From Arcobacteraceae bacterium (GTDB taxonomy: Bacteria; Campylobacterota; Campylobacteria; Campylobacterales; Arcobacteraceae): DNA of 64,000 bases. The stretch lies in NCBI GenBank assembly GCA_048268245.1, contig JBLWVX010000002.1, positions 32,001 through 96,000 on the forward strand, read 5' to 3'. A model generated the notes under the pieces. The model saw only the letters and a list, made by a program, of their open reading frames with translations, was not told the DNA's origin and did no database searches. The position numbers and the translations under genes are program-made. Below are positions 59,915 to 64,000 of the stretch, one piece after another. Position 1 is the first letter of the stretch. Each line of letters opens with the position of its first letter.

Positions 59915-61567
59915 ATGGGTATCGAAGATATTGATTTAGGTGAAGACTTTGATTTTGAGCAAATGCTTAATGAGTCTTTCGAGAATGCTGAAAACAACTC
60001 TGTAGTTGATGGTGTAATTGTTGAAATCTCTGGTGAGAGAGTTCTAGTTGATGTTGGTCAAAAAATTGAAGGTCAGTTAAATGTTTCTGATATTACAATT
60101 GGTGGCGAAGTTAAGTATAAAGAGGGTGATACTATCCCTGTAATGCTTATGGGAAGCAGAGGTGAAAGACCTAATATCTCTCATAAGAAAGTTTTACAAA
60201 AAGAAAAGTTTGATGCATTTGTAGCTAAACATGGTGAAAATGTTGAAGACGTAACAATTGAAGGTAAAGTAATCTCTGTTAAAAACAGAGGTGGATTTAT
60301 CATCGAAGATGAAGAAGGTTGTGAATACTTCATGCCTATGGCTCAATCTTACTTAAAAGCTCATGGAGCAGTTGGTAAGAAAGTTAAAGCTAAAGTATTA
60401 AAAGTTAATACTGCACAAAACTCTATCATTGTTTCTAGAAAAAAATTAATTGAAGAAGCAAAAGCTGAAAAAGACAACAAAGTAGCTGAAATTTTAGAAA
60501 GTGGTGAGCCTGTAAATGGTATCATTAAAAAAATCACTTCTTACGGTATGTTTGTAGATTTAGGTGGAATTGATGGTTTAGTTAACTACAATGAAATTTC
60601 ATACAAAGGTCCTGTAAATCCAGCTAACTACTACAACGAAGGTGATGAAGTAACTGTAGTTGTATTATCTTACGATAAAGCAAAACAACACTTATCATTA
60701 TCTATCAAAGCTGCATTAGCAAATCCATGGGAAGAAATTAAAGATGAATTAGAAGTTGGTGACACAATTACAGTTACTGTTTCTAACTTTGAATCTTACG
60801 GTGCATTTGTTGACTTAGGAAATGACATTGAAGGTTTATTACATATTTCTGAAATTTCATGGAATAAAAACGTTAAAAACCCAAAAGAGTTATTAACTTT
60901 AGGTGAAGAAGTTAACGTTGAAGTAATCGAATTAGATGTAGATAAAAAAAGATTAAGAGTTTCATTAAAGAACTTACAAGAAAAACCTTTCTCTAAATTC
61001 ACAAAAGACCACAAAGTTGGTGATGTAGTAACTGGAAACATTGCAACTTTAACTGATTTTGGTGCATTTGTTACTATTGGAGAAGTAGATGGATTATTAC
61101 ATAATGAAGAGGCTTCATGGGAGTCTAATGCAAAATGTAAATCTTTATACAAAAAAGGTGATGAAGTTCAAGTTAAGATTATCAAAATTGATAGAGAAAA
61201 AGAAAACATTTCATTATCAATTAAAGAAATTGCTGAATCTCCTGCTAAAAAATTCCAAAATGAACACAAAGTTGGTGACATTGTAAAAGGTGCTGTTAAA
61301 GATGCAAAAGACTTTGGTATCTTTATTAAGTTAGAAGATAACTTAGACGGACTTATTAGAAATGAAGATTTTGGACCACTAGAGGCTGAAGAAGTTAAGA
61401 ATGGTGATGAAATCGAAGCAGTAGTAGTAAATATTGATACTAAAAGAAATAGAGTTAGATTATCTGTTAAAAGATTAGAGCAACAACAAGAAAGAGAAGT
61501 TCTAAAAGCAGTTAATGATGATTCATCTATGACTTTAGGTGATTTACTAAAAGATCAAATCAAATAA
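59915..61567 (+). CDS. rpsA: 30S ribosomal protein S1
   Basis: Six S1 repeats (YGAFVDL, GLLH). Confidence 0.97.
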   Translation: MGIEDIDLGEDFDFEQMLNESFENAENNSVVDGVIVEISGERVLVDVGQKIEGQLNVSDITIGGEVKYKEGDTIPVMLMGSRGERPNISHKKVLQKEKFDAFVAKHGENVEDVTIEGKVISVKNRGGFIIEDEEGCEYFMPMAQSYLKAHGAVGKKVKAKVLKVNTAQNSIIVSRKKLIEEAKAEKDNKVAEILESGEPVNGIIKKITSYGMFVDLGGIDGLVNYNEISYKGPVNPANYYNEGDEVTVVVLSYDKAKQHLSLSIKAALANPWEEIKDELEVGDTITVTVSNFESYGAFVDLGNDIEGLLHISEISWNKNVKNPKELLTLGEEVNVEVIELDVDKKRLRVSLKNLQEKPFSKFTKDHKVGDVVTGNIATLTDFGAFVTIGEVDGLLHNEEASWESNAKCKSLYKKGDEVQVKIIKIDREKENISLSIKEIAESPAKKFQNEHKVGDIVKGAVKDAKDFGIFIKLEDNLDGLIRNEDFGPLEAEEVKNGDEIEAVVVNIDTKRNRVRLSVKRLEQQQEREVLKAVNDDSSMTLGDLLKDQIK

Positions 61568-61583
61568 TTAGGATTTATTTAAA

Positions 61584-63167
61584 ATGAGTAAACACACAAT
61601 CGTAGTTTGTGACCATATACATGAAGATGGTTTAAACATCTTACAAAACACTGATGATGTAAACTATGTATATGCCGCAGATATAGATAAAACAGAACTT
61701 TTAAATGTAATAAAAGACGCAGAAGTAGTGATCACTAGATCATCTACTGATGTTGATGAAAAATTTTTAGATGCAGCACAAAACTTAAAAGCTATCATTA
61801 GAGCTGGTGTTGGGTATGATAATGTTGATATTGAAGGATGTAGTAAAAGAGGAATTATCGCAATGAACGTTCCTACTGCAAATACAATAGCAGCTGTTGA
61901 ATTAACAATGGCACATATGTTATCTTGTATGAGAAAATTCCCATACGCTCACAACCAATTAAAACAAGATAGAATCTGGAAAAGAGAAGATTGGTATGGA
62001 AATGAACTTTATGGTAAAAAACTTGGTGTTATTGGATTTGGTAACATTGGACATAGAGTTGCATTAAGAGCTAAATCATTTGAAATGGACGTAGTAACAT
62101 ACGACCCATACATTCCTTCAACAAAAGCAACTGATTTAGGTATTTCATACACAACTAATTTTGATGATATTTTAGATTGTGACATCATTACAATACATAC
62201 ACCAAAAAATCAAGAAACACTTGATATGATTGGTGAAGAGCAAATTGCTAAAATGAAAGATGGTGTGATTTTAATTAACTGTGCAAGAGGTGGATTATAC
62301 AATGAAGAAGCTCTTGCTAATAACTTAAAATCAGGAAAAATTGCTATGGCTGGTATTGATGTATTTATCAAAGAGCCTGCAACAGATCATCCATTATTAG
62401 ATTTACCAAATGTAACAGTAACTGCACACTTAGGTGCAAATACTAAAGAATCTCAAAAGAAAATTGCTACTCAAGCTGCTGAAAACGCAATTGAATCAGC
62501 AAGAGGAATTGCATATCCTAATGCTTTAAACTTACCTATTGATGAGAGTAAGATTCCTACTTTTGTAAAACCATATATTGAACTAACTCAAAAAATGGCA
62601 TTTTTAATTGCACAAAATGACAAAAGTGAAATTAGATCTATAAATGTATCTGCTGAAGGTGAAATTTCAGAATATTTAGATTCACTTCAAACTTTTGCAA
62701 CAGTTGGTGCTTTATCAGTAGCTTCTGGAGATGAAATTAATTATGTAAATGCTAACTTTATTGCTGAAGAAAAAGGTATTGAACTTACAACTTCAGAATT
62801 TTCTGCTCATAGTGGATACCAAAATAAAGTTTCAGTAAAAATCACTACTTCAAATGGAGTTCAAACAATTTGTGGAACTGTATTTAATGAAGATGTACAA
62901 AGAATTATTGATATCAATAACTTCTCATTAGACATTGAACCAAAAGGTAAAATGATTATTATGAGAAATAATGATGTTCCTGGTGTAATTGGACAAGTAG
63001 GTTCAATTTTAGCTCAAGAAAATATCAATATTGCAGACTTTAGATTATCAAGAGGAAAAGATGGTGCATTAGCAGTTATCTTAGTTGATGAAAAAGTTTG
63101 TATGAATACAATAAATAAACTTGAAGAGCTTGAAGCAGCTATTTCTGTTTCTTATGCTGAAATTTAA
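61584..63167 (+). CDS. serA: D-3-phosphoglycerate dehydrogenase
   Basis: RAGVGYDN, GFGNIG, NCARGG, HLGA, C-terminal ACT domain. Confidence 0.96.
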   Translation: MSKHTIVVCDHIHEDGLNILQNTDDVNYVYAADIDKTELLNVIKDAEVVITRSSTDVDEKFLDAAQNLKAIIRAGVGYDNVDIEGCSKRGIIAMNVPTANTIAAVELTMAHMLSCMRKFPYAHNQLKQDRIWKREDWYGNELYGKKLGVIGFGNIGHRVALRAKSFEMDVVTYDPYIPSTKATDLGISYTTNFDDILDCDIITIHTPKNQETLDMIGEEQIAKMKDGVILINCARGGLYNEEALANNLKSGKIAMAGIDVFIKEPATDHPLLDLPNVTVTAHLGANTKESQKKIATQAAENAIESARGIAYPNALNLPIDESKIPTFVKPYIELTQKMAFLIAQNDKSEIRSINVSAEGEISEYLDSLQTFATVGALSVASGDEINYVNANFIAEEKGIELTTSEFSAHSGYQNKVSVKITTSNGVQTICGTVFNEDVQRIIDINNFSLDIEPKGKMIIMRNNDVPGVIGQVGSILAQENINIADFRLSRGKDGALAVILVDEKVCMNTINKLEELEAAISVSYAEI

Positions 63168-63176
63168 GGAGTAGTT

Positions 63177-63737
63177 ATGGCAATTGGAATGAGTGAATTA
63201 AAAAAAGGAATGAAAATCGAATTAGATGGTGTTCCTTATAAAATTACTGAATACCAACATGTAAAACCTGGTAAAGGTGCTGCATTTGTTAGATGTAAAA
63301 TCAAATCATTTTTAAATGGAAAAGTTATTGAAAAAACTTTCCATGCAGGTGATAAATGTGAAACTCCTGATTTACAACAAAACCAAATGCAATTCTTATA
63401 TGATGATGGTGAAATGCTTCAATTCATGGACACTAACACATATGAGCAAATTGGTTTAACTTACGAGCAAGTAGGTGATGCTGAAAAATGGATTATTGAT
63501 GGAATGAATGTTGATATGATGTTCTTTAATGGTAAAGCTATTACTGTTGAACCACCAATGACTGTTGAATTAAAAATTGTAGAAACTCCACCTAACTTTA
63601 AAGGTGATTCTCAAGGTGGTAGAAAACCTGCTACTTTAGAATCTGGAGCTGTTGTGCAGATTCCATTTCACTTAATCGAAGGTGACATTATTAAATGTGA
63701 CACAAGAACAGGTGAGTACTTAGAAAAAGTTAAATAA
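63177..63737 (+). CDS. efp: Elongation factor P
   Basis: [20 protein letters not shown]. Confidence 0.97.
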   Translation: MAIGMSELKKGMKIELDGVPYKITEYQHVKPGKGAAFVRCKIKSFLNGKVIEKTFHAGDKCETPDLQQNQMQFLYDDGEMLQFMDTNTYEQIGLTYEQVGDAEKWIIDGMNVDMMFFNGKAITVEPPMTVELKIVETPPNFKGDSQGGRKPATLESGAVVQIPFHLIEGDIIKCDTRTGEYLEKVK

Positions 63738-63860
63738 AAAGGCAAAGCTTTATCGTAGAAATTCTGCGATATTGCTCCTTTTCTTTCCCTCACTTACATC
63801 TGTAAGCTCCCTCAATAAAAGAAACACTATCTTGTTTTCTCCAACAAATCTTTACCTTTT
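63737..63860. repeat. Putative MITE/REP-like element with imperfect terminal inverted repeats
   Basis: AAAAGGCAAAGCTTT ... AAATCTTTACCTTTT ends; internal CTTACA/TGTAAG and TATCG/CGATA hairpins. Confidence 0.45.
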
Positions 63861-63877
63861 AAAGTATTAAAAAAAAG

Positions 63878-64000
63878 CTAAGCAGAAATCTTTCGCTTTA
63901 AGAAGATAATCTTTTCTTCACCTATATAATTTTCGTGAACAATTTCAAAATCTATATCTATATCATTTAAAGCATTTAAACCTTTTCTTATTTTTGGATT
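63878..64000 (-). CDS. C-terminal fragment of an unidentified protein, partial
   Basis: Open frame NPKIRKGLNALNDIDIDFEIVHENYIGEEKIIFLKRKISA* running in from the window edge. Confidence 0.55.
   Translation of the reverse strand, partial: NPKIRKGLNALNDIDIDFEIVHENYIGEEKIIFLKRKISA

Noticed and set aside
1616..61286. Many 60-143 aa ORFs antisense to or overlapping real genes (e.g. 1616-1855, 16461-16892, 39810-40136, 51151-51438, 60796-61152)
   Set aside because: Shadow frames of well-supported genes, with no RBS or recognisable motifs
57656..61567. aroA-ispH-rpsA without cmk
   Set aside because: Usual gene order in this phylum
1..64000. CRISPR arrays, tRNA/rRNA genes, transposases, integrases, phage genes
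   Set aside because: No repeat-spacer pattern, cloverleaf, rRNA-like stretch or such proteins were seen; intergenic gaps are short

Overview
AT-rich chromosomal window from a Campylobacterota bacterium; gene content and order suggest Arcobacteraceae (inference). Most of it is core housekeeping: serS, trpS, hisG, coaX, rplS-trmD, metE, ilvA, atpB, addA, argB-thrC, petABC, moeA-queCDE, fabG-acpP-fabF-accA, pheST-aroA-ispH-rpsA-serA-efp. It also holds three c-di-GMP enzymes, a Vibrio-type TtpC/TonB energy cluster with Fur-like boxes, an orphan TAXI binding protein, an mreB paralog coupled to DUF3095, and a proline-utilisation locus (RHH protein + nuclease-fold-like protein + liv-type ABC transporter + putA). 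No rRNA, tRNA, CRISPR array, transposase or prophage was seen. The best candidates for undescribed biology are regulatory. (1) A putative ~90-nt sRNA at ~278-366 has a 12-nt seed complementary to the livK ribosome-binding site, and its promoter shares an 18/20-nt direct-repeat box with the promoter of the liv-putA operon, suggesting a feed-forward loop. (2) A Cys/His-motif, Pro-Pro-ending upstream ORF precedes metE and resembles metal-sensing ribosome-arrest leaders. (3) A GC-rich three-stem RNA element lies in front of putA. (4) A stand-alone RHH regulator with a palindromic operator heads the put operon. All calls come from reading the sequence by eye; no database searches were run.
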